From positions 1 to 64,000 of the forward strand of contig JBGQBE010000010.1 of the NCBI GenBank assembly GCA_041494685.1: 64,000 nt of DNA, read 5' to 3'. The translations under genes and the position numbers were made by a program. A model generated the notes under the pieces. The model saw nothing but the letters and a program-made list of their open reading frames with translations, was not told the origin of the DNA and made no database searches. Shown piece after piece: positions 9,548 through 18,977 of this stretch (positions within the stretch are counted from its first letter, which is position 1; each line of letters opens with the position of its first letter). This DNA is from Dehalococcoidia bacterium (GTDB lineage: Bacteria; Chloroflexota; Dehalococcoidia; DSTF01; JACRBR01).

Positions 9548-10240
9548 ATGAGATTCCCGACGAAACTGGCCGCCGGCTTCGCCGCGGTCACCATCCTTGC
9601 GGCAGGCGCGTTCACAACGGCCGGCTCGGCAGCCGCGCAGGAGCCGACGCCGACGCCGCAGGCGCACCAGCCGGGCCAGAAGCAGCAGCGGCGCGAGAAC
9701 TTCTTGAACCACATCGCCCAGAACCTGGGCGTCACGCTGGAGCAGTTGAAGGCCGCCATCAAGAACGCCGAATTGCAGGTCATCGACGACCTGGTGCAAG
9801 AGGGCACGCTGACGCCGGAGCAGGGCCAGGCGGCCAAGGACAAGATCAACAGCGGCCAGGGCATCGCCATCGGCAAGATCCTGGGCCAGCGGCGCGCGAA
9901 GGCTGGCGCCCGCCTGGCGGCGATCCGTGCCGGCATCGTGAAGTCGGCTGCCGGCGCGATCGGCATCGACCCGAAAGACCTGGTGAAGGAGCTGAAGGGC
10001 GGCAAGTCCATCGCCGACGTGGCGGACGAGCACGGCGTCTCGCTCGACACGGTGAAATCGCGGATCACGTCCGACGCGAAGACGAAGCTGGATCAGGCCG
10101 TCGTGGGCGGGAAGATCGACCAGGCGAAGGCCGACGAACTGCTAAAGAAGTTCAGCGACAGGCTGGACGACATCCTCAACAAGAAGAAGGGTGCAGGCAA
10201 GGCGGGCACGGGCCACAGCGGCCCGGCCCAGCAGGGCTAA
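9548..10240 (+). CDS. Secreted helical hypothetical protein (YckD/Spy-like repeats)
   Basis: AGGAG RBS, signal peptide ending AAAQE, repeated LG(V/I)...L...L..G.(L/I)T.EQA segments. Confidence 0.75.
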   Translation: MRFPTKLAAGFAAVTILAAGAFTTAGSAAAQEPTPTPQAHQPGQKQQRRENFLNHIAQNLGVTLEQLKAAIKNAELQVIDDLVQEGTLTPEQGQAAKDKINSGQGIAIGKILGQRRAKAGARLAAIRAGIVKSAAGAIGIDPKDLVKELKGGKSIADVADEHGVSLDTVKSRITSDAKTKLDQAVVGGKIDQAKADELLKKFSDRLDDILNKKKGAGKAGTGHSGPAQQG

Positions 10241-10271
10241 CCAACACTCCGAGCGACTCCCTCGAGAACGA

Positions 10272-10305
10272 GAAGGCGGCGCCGATCTGGCGCCGCCTTC
10301 GTTTC
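10272..10305. terminator. Intrinsic terminator between convergent genes
   Basis: 12-bp stem GAAGGCGGCGCC / GGCGCCGCCTTC, 5-nt loop, followed by GTTTC. Confidence 0.75.
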
Positions 10306-10331
10306 GATCCGCTTGGGCCCAGCGCCCGGGA

Positions 10332-10703
10332 CTACATCGGGGCCTCGAACTGCAGGCGGTCGCCCGGCTGCGTGTTCGTCGCAGCGGCCACACCGGCCGG
10401 CAGCTCCAGCGTGTCCTTCGCGCCGCGTCCGCCGAACGCGATCCACCACTGCCGCATCGCCGGCACGATCTTCACGACGCGGCCGTCCCGGTCCAGGAAG
10501 ATCGCGTCGAAGCGGAAGCGCATGAAGAACGAGTGGATGGACGAACTCTTCGTCAGCAGGATGCCGCCGCCGTCCTCCACGCCCTTCCGGCCCATCAGTC
10601 CGAAGAGGCGGTCCACGTACGACGAGGCGAGCTTCGCGCGCGTGGCAAGCACCGTGCCCCGGTCGGCGTTCCGGACGGAGAAGACTCTGGGACGCGTGGA
10701 CAC
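10332..10703 (-). CDS. DUF192 domain protein
   Basis: GTG start after GGAGG; RLFGLMGR, SIHSFFMRFRFDAIFLD, LELPAG, GDRL. Confidence 0.88.
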   Translation of the reverse strand: MSTRPRVFSVRNADRGTVLATRAKLASSYVDRLFGLMGRKGVEDGGGILLTKSSSIHSFFMRFRFDAIFLDRDGRVVKIVPAMRQWWIAFGGRGAKDTLELPAGVAAATNTQPGDRLQFEAPM

Positions 10704-10726
10704 GGCGCCTCCCGACGAACGGCGCC

Positions 10727-10888
10727 TCAGCGCTTCAGCGCCGTGCGCACCACATAGCCGCAACCCAGCAAGTACCAGATCGCGAAGTAGTAGCCGGGCC
10801 CCAGCGTGACGGCGATGGCGATGAAGCAGAGCGTGAACGCGAGCAGTGCGTCCCAGTTGCTACGGGCCGTGGTGATCCACTGGCTCAT
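10727..10888 (-). CDS. Small two-TM membrane protein (53 aa)
   Basis: MSQWITTARSNWDALLAFTLCF...; TACCAT 6 nt before the ATG. Confidence 0.55.
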   Translation of the reverse strand: MSQWITTARSNWDALLAFTLCFIAIAVTLGPGYYFAIWYLLGCGYVVRTALKR

Positions 10889-11032
10889 GGCCCGATGGTA
10901 CGGCTGTTCGTGCCTTGGCTGCAACCGGCCACCCCCACAGTCTGCTCAACGAACCATCTGGTTCGATATGCCTGTGATCTAGTGTCGGATCGCCGGGGTG
11001 GATTCTGGATAGGGGGAACGCTGACCTGGCGC

Positions 11033-12163
11033 CTACTTGACGGAAGACGAGAACCGCAAGCGATAGGGGCCGATCTCGATCTCGTCTTCGTCATCGAGGA
11101 GCACCAACGGCATGCGCAGCGGCTGGCCGCCCACGCGCGTGGTCGCATCGCCCACCTGCCGCAGCATGAAGTGCTCGCCGTGCAGCCAGATGCGTGCGTG
11201 CTCCAGCGCAACGGCGTCGCCCGGAAGTACGACATCGGCACCATCGCTTGCGCCGAGCGTGACCGCGTGGACGCCAAGCAACACGCGCTCGCCAGCGCGG
11301 GGGCCATCGACGAACACGAGCGCGCCAAGTGGCCGTTCCGCGGGGCGGAGAAACTCGCGCGCTCTGGGCGTTTCGGCGCGCGCGTCGCGTCCGGGCGTCT
11401 CGCGAAGGGTGAGCAGGCGGACATCCTCCGCGTCGATTGAATCGGATGCGGGGTGACGGCGCCGGTCCGTCGTGGGCTTGCGTCGATACATTCTCGGTAA
11501 CAGACCATGACGGAGCTCTTGCTCCGCGACATCGGTGTATTCGCCCTGACCGTGGGGCGGCGGCGCGTCCTCGCGCAATGTCGCCTCTACGGCCGTCTCT
11601 CCCGAGGACGCGGCCACAGTCGCGACTGGTGTGAGCGGCAACTCGGCTGTTGGCGGCGGTGCGAAACCCTTCGAAGCATCGTACTGGGCGCGCAATTGCG
11701 GGTTGCGTAGTGTGCGGTGCGCTTCTTCGATCAGGTCAAGCCAGAAGGCGTGTTCGCGGGTGTTCCGGGACGCGTGCGACATCATCACACGACGCGCCGC
11801 GTCGATGATCTCGCCGTCCGCTTCTGTGTCGACGCGCAGCACCTGGTAGAAGTCGGCGTGCTCCGACACCATCTTGAACTGCCGTCCGAGTCCGAGCCGG
11901 CCGAGTCCCGTACGGACAAGACGGGCCGCCGGGCGCGGCAGGTCGTGCAGGCCGTGCTCCAGGTCGTATGCGGCGCGGTCCGCGTCGCTCATCAGCAGAG
12001 CGTAGGAGGCATTGAGCGCGTCGATGGCGCGATGCACCGGATCCTGGCGATCGCGCGAGACAAGTACCCAGTACGCTTCGACCACCAGCTCCCGTGGGGC
12101 GTGAGGATGCAGTCGTAACGTCTTATACGGATCCAGCAGCTGCAATCCCTGCGTCTGCAACAT
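11033..12163 (-). CDS. Protein with two J-domain-like repeats lacking HPD and a C-terminal degenerate FHA domain
   Basis: DPYKTL...NASYALL...RAAYD and DFYQVL...EAHRTL.NP..RAQYD; C-terminal VTLGAS..ADVVLPGDAVALEHARIW...LDDEDEIEIGPYRLRF. Confidence 0.75.
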   Translation of the reverse strand: MLQTQGLQLLDPYKTLRLHPHAPRELVVEAYWVLVSRDRQDPVHRAIDALNASYALLMSDADRAAYDLEHGLHDLPRPAARLVRTGLGRLGLGRQFKMVSEHADFYQVLRVDTEADGEIIDAARRVMMSHASRNTREHAFWLDLIEEAHRTLRNPQLRAQYDASKGFAPPPTAELPLTPVATVAASSGETAVEATLREDAPPPHGQGEYTDVAEQELRHGLLPRMYRRKPTTDRRRHPASDSIDAEDVRLLTLRETPGRDARAETPRAREFLRPAERPLGALVFVDGPRAGERVLLGVHAVTLGASDGADVVLPGDAVALEHARIWLHGEHFMLRQVGDATTRVGGQPLRMPLVLLDDEDEIEIGPYRLRFSSSVK

Positions 12164-12185
12164 CTCGTGGCCGCCTGCTCCCGGC

Positions 12186-13085
12186 TCAGCTTGTCAGCGA
12201 CGTGTACGCATTGATCGCGATTGGTCCGAGGACGACGATGAAGAGGTTGGGCATAATGAAGAACACCAGCGGGAACACCATCTTCGGCGCCGCCTGGCGC
12301 GCCGTCTGCTCCGCCTTCTGGCGGCGGCGGATGCGCAGTTGCCGCGATTGCGTGCGCAGCACCTGGCCGATGCTGGTGCCCAGCGTCTCCGCCTGGATGA
12401 CCGAGTTCACGAACACGTGCACGTCCTGCAGGTCGATCCGCTCGGCCATCGTCGTCAGCGCCTCTTTGCGCGTCTGACCCAGCGCCTTCTCGCGCAGCAT
12501 GCGGTTGATCTCTTCGCCGACCGGGCCGCGCTGGCGCTCCGCCACGCGCTGGAAGGCGAAGTCCAGGCTCAGGCCCGCCTCCACGCAGGTCGTCAACAAG
12601 TCCAGACTATCAGGCAGCGCCTTCCAGAACCGGTTCTGGCGATTCTTGGCGCGCCGCCGCAGCAGCATCATCGGCGCCAGGAATCCGAATACCAGGATGG
12701 CAAGCACCAGCATCACCTGGATGGCGCTGAGCGAGCCACCTGTGGACGCCCAGAGCAACACGAAGCAGGCGCCTGGCAGCAGCGTGCTCGTCACCAGCAC
12801 GATGCTCATGAAGCCGGCAAGCGTCATCGGGCTGTCCGCGATCATCAGCCACTTGCGCGCGCGGGAGATCAGCGCCGTCGGCATCACGTTCATCACGCGC
12901 GTCGTGAACCCGTGCACCGCCGGAAACATCACGCGCTGGCTGAACGGGTCCTCCGCCTCCAGCATGGCGCGCCGCTGGTGCGAGAGCGCGCGCACGCGAT
13001 CTTCCATCGCGTTCTTGTTGCGCAGGTACCAGGCCCCGAAGAGCACCACCGACGCGAACACCACGAATGATGTGACGATTGGCAT
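12186..13085 (-). CDS. tadC: Tad pilus platform protein TadC
   Basis: LPDSLDLLTTCVEAGLS, QAETLGTSI, RRQKAEQ.A..A.PKM.FPLV. Confidence 0.92.
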   Translation of the reverse strand: MPIVTSFVVFASVVLFGAWYLRNKNAMEDRVRALSHQRRAMLEAEDPFSQRVMFPAVHGFTTRVMNVMPTALISRARKWLMIADSPMTLAGFMSIVLVTSTLLPGACFVLLWASTGGSLSAIQVMLVLAILVFGFLAPMMLLRRRAKNRQNRFWKALPDSLDLLTTCVEAGLSLDFAFQRVAERQRGPVGEEINRMLREKALGQTRKEALTTMAERIDLQDVHVFVNSVIQAETLGTSIGQVLRTQSRQLRIRRRQKAEQTARQAAPKMVFPLVFFIMPNLFIVVLGPIAINAYTSLTS

Positions 13086-13095
13086 CGCGTTTCTC

Positions 13096-14067
13096 CTAGA
13101 TATCCACGTCGAGGATGCGGCGGATCGTGAAGTAGCCCAGCAACTGCATCACCGCGCCAATGCTGATCAGCACGAGGCCGATGTTCGTCGTGAACAGCAG
13201 CGACGTCTGTTTCCAGTTCACCGCCGCGAAGATCGCCAGCAGCAGCAGCGGCCAGAACGTCAGCACCGTCCCCGAGAAGCGTTGCTGCGACGTCATCGTC
13301 CGCACCTCGCCGACCAGGCGCTCGCGCTCACGCATCGATTCGCCCACGGTCTCCAGGATCTCGGCGAGGTTGCCGCCGCTCGTGCGCTGGATCAGCACCG
13401 CCGTCACCATCAGGTTCACGTCTTCCGAGTCGGCACGCTCCAGCATCCCCGTCAGCGCCTCTTCCACGGTCGCACCGACGTTCAGATCGGCGATCACGCG
13501 CGCAAATTCGTCTGAGATCGGCTCCTGCATCTGGTTCGCGACCAGGTCGATGCCGTGCTGGAAGGCGAAGCCCGCGCGCAGCGCGTTCGCCAGCATGCCC
13601 ACCGCCTCCGGCATCTGCTTGTTGATCTTGCCGATGCGCCGGGTTCGCAGCACCGAGATCCAGATCTTCGGCAGCATATAGCCCGCGATCGCGGCGATGA
13701 TCGCCGGCACGATCGCTACCGGCGTCCGGAACAGGATCCACACGCCGAAGAACCCGGCCGCGGCGCCGCCCAGACGCATCATCGCGTATTCGCTGACCCG
13801 TAGCCGGATGCCCGACTGCTCGATCTCCTTCGCCGTGCGCTTCGACCATTCGCTGTCCTGCAGGAGCGTGCTCAGGAACGGCAGGCTCGACGGCCCGCGC
13901 CGCCGGATCTCCTCCCACGACAGCAGGCGGCGCTCGGTCTTCGGCCGCTCGGCGAGGCGCTGCAGGCGACGGTCCGCCGGGCGCGGCCCGCTGCTCCGCA
14001 TCAGGTACATGGCGAACATGCCGATCGCCAGGCCCACCGCCACCGCCGCCAGGAGTGCAATCAGCAT
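13096..14067 (-). CDS. tadB: Tad pilus platform protein TadB
   Basis: QMPEA..MLANALRAG, IQRTSGGNLAEIL, RERL..EVRTMT.Q.R.SG. Confidence 0.92.
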   Translation of the reverse strand: MLIALLAAVAVGLAIGMFAMYLMRSSGPRPADRRLQRLAERPKTERRLLSWEEIRRRGPSSLPFLSTLLQDSEWSKRTAKEIEQSGIRLRVSEYAMMRLGGAAAGFFGVWILFRTPVAIVPAIIAAIAGYMLPKIWISVLRTRRIGKINKQMPEAVGMLANALRAGFAFQHGIDLVANQMQEPISDEFARVIADLNVGATVEEALTGMLERADSEDVNLMVTAVLIQRTSGGNLAEILETVGESMRERERLVGEVRTMTSQQRFSGTVLTFWPLLLLAIFAAVNWKQTSLLFTTNIGLVLISIGAVMQLLGYFTIRRILDVDI

Positions 14068-14069
14068 CG

Positions 14070-15398
14070 CTACCGCCTCCCTCCCGCCGCCGCGAAGCCC
14101 ATATCCAGCTTCACCCCTACCCGCTCGAAGCGCTCCGCGAACGACGGCACGATCCCCGTCGGGTCCAGGTTGCCGATCATCCGCCCTTGGTCATCGAGCC
14201 CCTGCTGGTGATACGTGAACAGGTCCTGCATGCTGACCGTGTCCTGCTCGCGCCCCGTGATCTCCGTGATCTGCGTGATCCGCCGCTTGCCGTCGCTGTG
14301 CCGCGCGATCTGCACCACGATGTGCAGCGCCGACGCGATCTGCTCCCGGATCGCCCGCATCGGCAGGTCGAACCCCGCCATCAGCACCATGTTCTCTACG
14401 CGGCTCAGCGCGTCGCGCGGAGAGTTCGCGTGGACCGTCGTCAGCGAGCCCTCGTGGCCGGTGTTCATGGCCTGGAGCATGTCGAACGCCTCCGGCCCGC
14501 GCACCTCGCCGATGATGATGCGGTCCGGCCGCATCCGCAGCGCGTTCCGCACCAGGTCGCGCTGCGTCACCTCGTTCCGCCCCTCGATGTTCGGCGGCCG
14601 CGCCTCCATGGCGATGACGTGCGCCTGCTGCAGCTTCATTTCGATCGGGTCCTCGATCGAGATGATGCGCTCGCTGTTCGGGATCGCCGCCGACAGCGCG
14701 TTCAGCAGCGTCGTCTTACCCGTGCCCGTACCGCCGCTGATCAGGATGTTCAGCCGCTGCTTCACGCACGCCTGCAGGAAGTCGGCGATGTGCTGCGTCA
14801 TCGTGCCGTTGCCGACGAGGTCGGCCATCCGGTACTTCTCCCGCCGGAACTTCCGGATCGTCATCGTCGGGCTCCGCGGCACGAGCGGCGGGATCACGAT
14901 GTTCACGCGCGAACCGTCCGGCAGCCGCGCGTCCACGTACGGCGACGACTCGTCGATCCGCCGCCCCAGCGGCGCGATGATCCGCTCCACGATGCGCATG
15001 ATGTGCGCGTTGTCGCGGAACCGCAGCGGCGACAGGTAGATCACCCCGTCGCGCTCGAAGAAGATCTCCTCCGGCGCGTTGATCATCACTTCCGACACGC
15101 TGTCGTCGTCCAGCAGCGGCTCGATCGGCCCGTAGCCGATCGCCTCGTCGATGACGCGCCGGATCACCCGCTCGCGGTCGTCGCCCAGCAGCGACGGGTA
15201 GATCTGCGTCACCAGCTGCCGCGCCCCTACCGTCACCGCTTCGCGCGCACGCGCCACGTCCAGCCGCTCGATGGACGAGAGGTCCATCTCCTGCAGCATC
15301 CGCTGGTGGATCGCGTGTACCGCGTCGAACCACTCTCCATCGCCCTGCGACGTGTCGAGGACGTAGCGGCGGTCACGCAGTGCCGTATCGATGGCCAT
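14070..15398 (-). CDS. cpaF: Tad assembly ATPase TadA/CpaF
   Basis: DARLPDGSRVN, SGGTGTGKTT, LRMRPDRIIIGEVRG, MNTGHEGSLTTVHAN. Confidence 0.96.
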   Translation of the reverse strand: MAIDTALRDRRYVLDTSQGDGEWFDAVHAIHQRMLQEMDLSSIERLDVARAREAVTVGARQLVTQIYPSLLGDDRERVIRRVIDEAIGYGPIEPLLDDDSVSEVMINAPEEIFFERDGVIYLSPLRFRDNAHIMRIVERIIAPLGRRIDESSPYVDARLPDGSRVNIVIPPLVPRSPTMTIRKFRREKYRMADLVGNGTMTQHIADFLQACVKQRLNILISGGTGTGKTTLLNALSAAIPNSERIISIEDPIEMKLQQAHVIAMEARPPNIEGRNEVTQRDLVRNALRMRPDRIIIGEVRGPEAFDMLQAMNTGHEGSLTTVHANSPRDALSRVENMVLMAGFDLPMRAIREQIASALHIVVQIARHSDGKRRITQITEITGREQDTVSMQDLFTYHQQGLDDQGRMIGNLDPTGIVPSFAERFERVGVKLDMGFAAAGGRR

Positions 15399-15443
15399 CG
15401 GTTACTCCCCGGCGCCCTCCGCGGGGCGTCCGTGTCTCGTCTC

Positions 15444-16670
15444 TCAGCCGCTCTCGGCCATCGCCGACGCCGAGCCGGGCCGCCACTTGAAGCCGCCCAG
15501 GATCTTCCCGCCCGGCTTCTCCAGCCGCCCCCCCGCGATCACCGTCGCCAGGTCCGTCAGGCTCTTCGCCGCCACCGACTGCGGCGCCGTGATCACGATC
15601 GGCTGCCCCAGGTGCGTGCCCTTGCGGACCTGCCGGTCGTACGGGATATTCCAGAACACGTCGCGCTGCAGCGCGTCCTGCACCACGCTCGGCCGCACGC
15701 CGTCGTCCGGCGAGATCGCGTTCATCACGATCCGCACCCGCTCCTGCGAGTACGAGAGCAGCTTCAGCGCCCGCATCGCCTCCAGCGAGTCCTTCACGCT
15801 CGCGAACTCCGTCGTGGTCACCCACAGCACGATCGTCGCGATGTCCACCGCCATCTCGGCCAGCTCGTTCAGCATGCCCGACGTGTCCAGCACCACCGTG
15901 TCGTAGTGCCGCGCCAGGAAGTCGATCACCTTGCGCACGTCGTCTTCCGAGATCTTGCGCCACTCCAGCACCGTCGGCCCCGCCAGCACGTCCAGGTCGC
16001 TCAGGTCGTGCTTCACCACGTAGCGAGAGATGTCCTCGCGTTCGATCAGGTCGATGTCCCGCACCATGTCGGCGAGCGTGCGCTCCGGCGTCACGTCCAG
16101 CATCCCCGCCACGTCGCCGAAGCCGTTATCCAGGTCCACCAGCACCACCGACGAGCGCTCCATCCGCGCCAGCGCCACCGCCACGTTCGTGCTGATCGTC
16201 GACTTGCCGATGCCGCCCTTCGCGCCGAACACCGTCACGATCGTGCCGGCCGTCGCCGCCGACGGCAGCTGCCCCATCTGGCGAAGCTTCTTCTTCTCCT
16301 CCGCCTCCAGCGCCAGCATCACCGAGTCGCGCAGCGTCTCCGGCTTCACCGGCCGCGCCAGGTAGTCCCGCGCGCCCGACATCATCACCTTGCGGATCGT
16401 CTCGATCTCCTTCGAGCCGGAGTAGACGAGGATCGGCGTGTCCGGCAGCAGGCTCTGCAACGACTCGACGGTCTGCAGCGGGCGCTCCATCGGCTCGCCC
16501 ACGCCCACCAGGATGACGTCCGGCTTCAGCTCGTTCGCGGCCGAGACCGCCTCCATGCCGAAGCCGCATTCGCCGGCCACCGTCAGCCCGCTGGCGCGCA
16601 CCACTTGCTTCGCCTCGAAGCGGGCCTGGATATCCGTATCTACGATCAGTGCCGACGGGGTCTTCGCCAC
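15444..16670 (-). CDS. cpaE: TadZ/CpaE (pseudo-receiver + MinD/ParA-like ATPase)
   Basis: N-terminal receiver-like domain, GAKGGIGKST, VLVDLD, IPYD; between cpaB and cpaF. Confidence 0.9.
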   Translation of the reverse strand: MAKTPSALIVDTDIQARFEAKQVVRASGLTVAGECGFGMEAVSAANELKPDVILVGVGEPMERPLQTVESLQSLLPDTPILVYSGSKEIETIRKVMMSGARDYLARPVKPETLRDSVMLALEAEEKKKLRQMGQLPSAATAGTIVTVFGAKGGIGKSTISTNVAVALARMERSSVVLVDLDNGFGDVAGMLDVTPERTLADMVRDIDLIEREDISRYVVKHDLSDLDVLAGPTVLEWRKISEDDVRKVIDFLARHYDTVVLDTSGMLNELAEMAVDIATIVLWVTTTEFASVKDSLEAMRALKLLSYSQERVRIVMNAISPDDGVRPSVVQDALQRDVFWNIPYDRQVRKGTHLGQPIVITAPQSVAAKSLTDLATVIAGGRLEKPGGKILGGFKWRPGSASAMAESG

Positions 16671-16712
16671 GCTGCCTCCCGGGTACCTGCGTCTCTCGTT
16701 CTCGTGTCGTCT

Positions 16713-17522
16713 CTACTGGCCCGGCAGCGTCTGCGGGTTCGCCGCGCTCGGCTGCGTCGACTCATCTCCGGGCGGCCGCAGCGACAGGTACACCGTCCCC
16801 TGCTCCTGCGCCAGCGCGATGACCGGCACCTGGTTCGGGTCCACCGCCACCGTGAGCGTGCGCGCCTTCGCGTTCGGGTCGGTGTTGTCCGGCCGCGACG
16901 CCAGGTCGCCCGCGTTGTCGCCGGGGATCGGCGTGCCGTTCGCGTCCAGCCGCGTCGTCGCCTTCGCCGCCGTCTGCCCCACCGCCAGCACCAGCACGTT
17001 CTGCAGCACCGTCGACGCCGTGGCGCCGTTGTTCGAGCCGCGCGTCACCGCCGTGATGTCCACGCGGTCGCCGGCCACGATCAGGCCCGCCACGTTCGTG
17101 TTCTCCGTCACCGGGATGGCGACCGCGCGCTTGCCCGGCGGGATCACGTTCGCGAACACCTTGTCGGCCTCGGTCTGGCCCAGCTTCGCCGGCGAGAACT
17201 GCTCGTTCTTCAACACGGGGTAGCGCGCCGTCAGGCCCACCAGCCCCGCCTTCTCCGTCACCGCGCCCTCCAGCACGCTGGCGACCGGCAGCGTCGCCAG
17301 GTCCAGCATGTCGGACGTGATCTTCGTGCCGGCCTTGATGTCGCGCGTGGCGACCACCACGTCCGCGGTGCTGCCGCTGAACGCCGCCTTGTCCTTGCTG
17401 CCGCCGCCGAAGTTGCTCAGCGAGAGGAACACCAGCACCGCCGCCAGCGCGGCCAGCGCCACCGCCCCGACGAGGAGCAGGCGGTTCGTGCGTTCCGGCC
17501 CGGCCGTCAGTGTTCGTGCCAT
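16713..17522 (-). CDS. cpaB: Flp pilus assembly protein CpaB/RcpC
   Basis: SAF domain VVVATRDIKAG, GKRAVAIPV, AGLIVAGDRVDI, VLQNVLVLAVGQ, LSLR. Confidence 0.93.
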   Translation of the reverse strand: MARTLTAGPERTNRLLLVGAVALAALAAVLVFLSLSNFGGGSKDKAAFSGSTADVVVATRDIKAGTKITSDMLDLATLPVASVLEGAVTEKAGLVGLTARYPVLKNEQFSPAKLGQTEADKVFANVIPPGKRAVAIPVTENTNVAGLIVAGDRVDITAVTRGSNNGATASTVLQNVLVLAVGQTAAKATTRLDANGTPIPGDNAGDLASRPDNTDPNAKARTLTVAVDPNQVPVIALAQEQGTVYLSLRPPGDESTQPSAANPQTLPGQ

Positions 17523-17538
17523 AGCTCTTGTTATCCCC

Positions 17539-18963
17539 TTAGTTCGATTTCGGGTCGTTCACCGTCTGGATCGCCAGCGCCGCAGCCCCGCCGATCGCGT
17601 CGTGGCCTATGCCCCCGATGTCCTGCACGCCGCTGCCCGCGAGATACACCCGAAGGACGATGCCCCAAACGCGGGTATCGGTACTACAATTGTGGCCACA
17701 CGAGGGCCCGCCGTCGTTCGAGCCGCGGTCGCTCGTTCCGCACTCATTGAGGCTGCCTGGGCCATTGTTGTCGTCACTGGGCGTGCATCCCTCGATGTAG
17801 ACAGCGGCGAATCCCTGGATTGTCTTCGTGCCGCCGCTGCCACTGACTAGCATCACCAACGCTAAACGCGGCGAGGTGCACGCGCGTTGCTGGTACACAG
17901 TGGAAGATGGATCGTTGCCCCCGGCTCCGGCCGGGTCCGCCTGCGCGCCGCCAAGAGCCGCCACCACCGACCGTAACCCGCTCCTGACGTTCGTGGTGGG
18001 ACCGCAGGGCTCGTTCCCCGGCATGCGGCTCCGGAACGCATCAAGGATGCCGTCTTTCCAGCTTGAGTTCCCGAAGTAATCCTGAACCTGGTCCTCTCCG
18101 GCGGTCGAATTCGAGTCGGCCGTCTTACAGTCGAAGGTGGTCAGGCTGATCTGGATCGCGTTGGCTATCAAGGATGAGCTCTTCGGGCCGCAGGTACCCG
18201 ACGACTCATAGAAGGTGCCGCTGGACGACAAGTGCTCCGTCGAGAAGATCACGCATTCACGGCCGGCGAACGTCTCCGAGTTGGACCCTGCGCCGCAATT
18301 GTTGCAGTTCGGTTCGGCGGGGCCGTTATTGTTGCTGTTGCCGCAGGGGCCGCAGCCGTTGTTCTCGCCGTTGCCGTTGTCGCCCTCGTTGCCGCAGTTG
18401 CCGCAGCCGCTGTCGCCGTTGTTGCCGTTGCAGCCCGCCTGGGCTGGCGAGAGCCAGAGCGGGATCGGTGCGATGGTGCCGGGCTTGATCCGCGAGGCGG
18501 TACCCACGCACGTGGTCGATGTCGCCTTCGCCCAGAAGCCGTCGATACCGAACGCTTTCGAGAACAGGCTGGCGGACGGGCGGCCCACCGTCACCTGCGC
18601 GGACGGCGCATCGTTCATCGCGTCCGTTGGCGGCGGCAAGGGACATGTAGAAGCAGCCTGCGCCGTCACGTCCTCGCTCTTTGCGAGATTCGCGGTGGCG
18701 ACGCCATTGGCGGCGGGCCAGATCGCCCCGTCCGTGCAGGGATCGCCGCCGGAGAGCGCGCTGATGCACGCGATCGCGCCCGCGCGGCTTGCCGCGTCCG
18801 CGTCCTTCTGCACGACCCGGCGCGTCCCCAGCGCCAGCCCCTGGTCCACCGCCATCGCGCCCAGAAACAGCACGACAGTGAACAGCGCCATGAAGAGCAG
18901 CAGCACCTGGCCCCGCTCAGAGCGGCGAATAGGAGTTGGCGCGCGTCGGCCGAATGATATCAA
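17539..18963 (-). CDS. TadG-like pilus tip protein with Cys/Asn/Gly-rich insertion
   Basis: TTG start after GAGGGAG; ERGQVLLLF...AVDQG...QKDADAASRAGA Tad N-terminal motif; C-terminal I.GFA.VYI. Confidence 0.8.
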   Translation of the reverse strand: MISFGRRAPTPIRRSERGQVLLLFMALFTVVLFLGAMAVDQGLALGTRRVVQKDADAASRAGAIACISALSGGDPCTDGAIWPAANGVATANLAKSEDVTAQAASTCPLPPPTDAMNDAPSAQVTVGRPSASLFSKAFGIDGFWAKATSTTCVGTASRIKPGTIAPIPLWLSPAQAGCNGNNGDSGCGNCGNEGDNGNGENNGCGPCGNSNNNGPAEPNCNNCGAGSNSETFAGRECVIFSTEHLSSSGTFYESSGTCGPKSSSLIANAIQISLTTFDCKTADSNSTAGEDQVQDYFGNSSWKDGILDAFRSRMPGNEPCGPTTNVRSGLRSVVAALGGAQADPAGAGGNDPSSTVYQQRACTSPRLALVMLVSGSGGTKTIQGFAAVYIEGCTPSDDNNGPGSLNECGTSDRGSNDGGPSCGHNCSTDTRVWGIVLRVYLAGSGVQDIGGIGHDAIGGAAALAIQTVNDPKSN

Positions 18964-18977
18964 CGCACTCTGCTCCC

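Noticed and set aside
15444..16670. CpaE receiver domain lacking the phospho-Asp (PDVILVG)
   Set aside because: A pseudo-receiver is normal for TadZ/CpaE.
14055..17750. 1231-aa plus-strand ORF and many similar long antisense ORFs (e.g. 1627-3153, 31452-33311, 22116-23945)
   Set aside because: Arg/His/Pro-rich shadows of well-supported genes on the other strand or frame, expected at this GC content.
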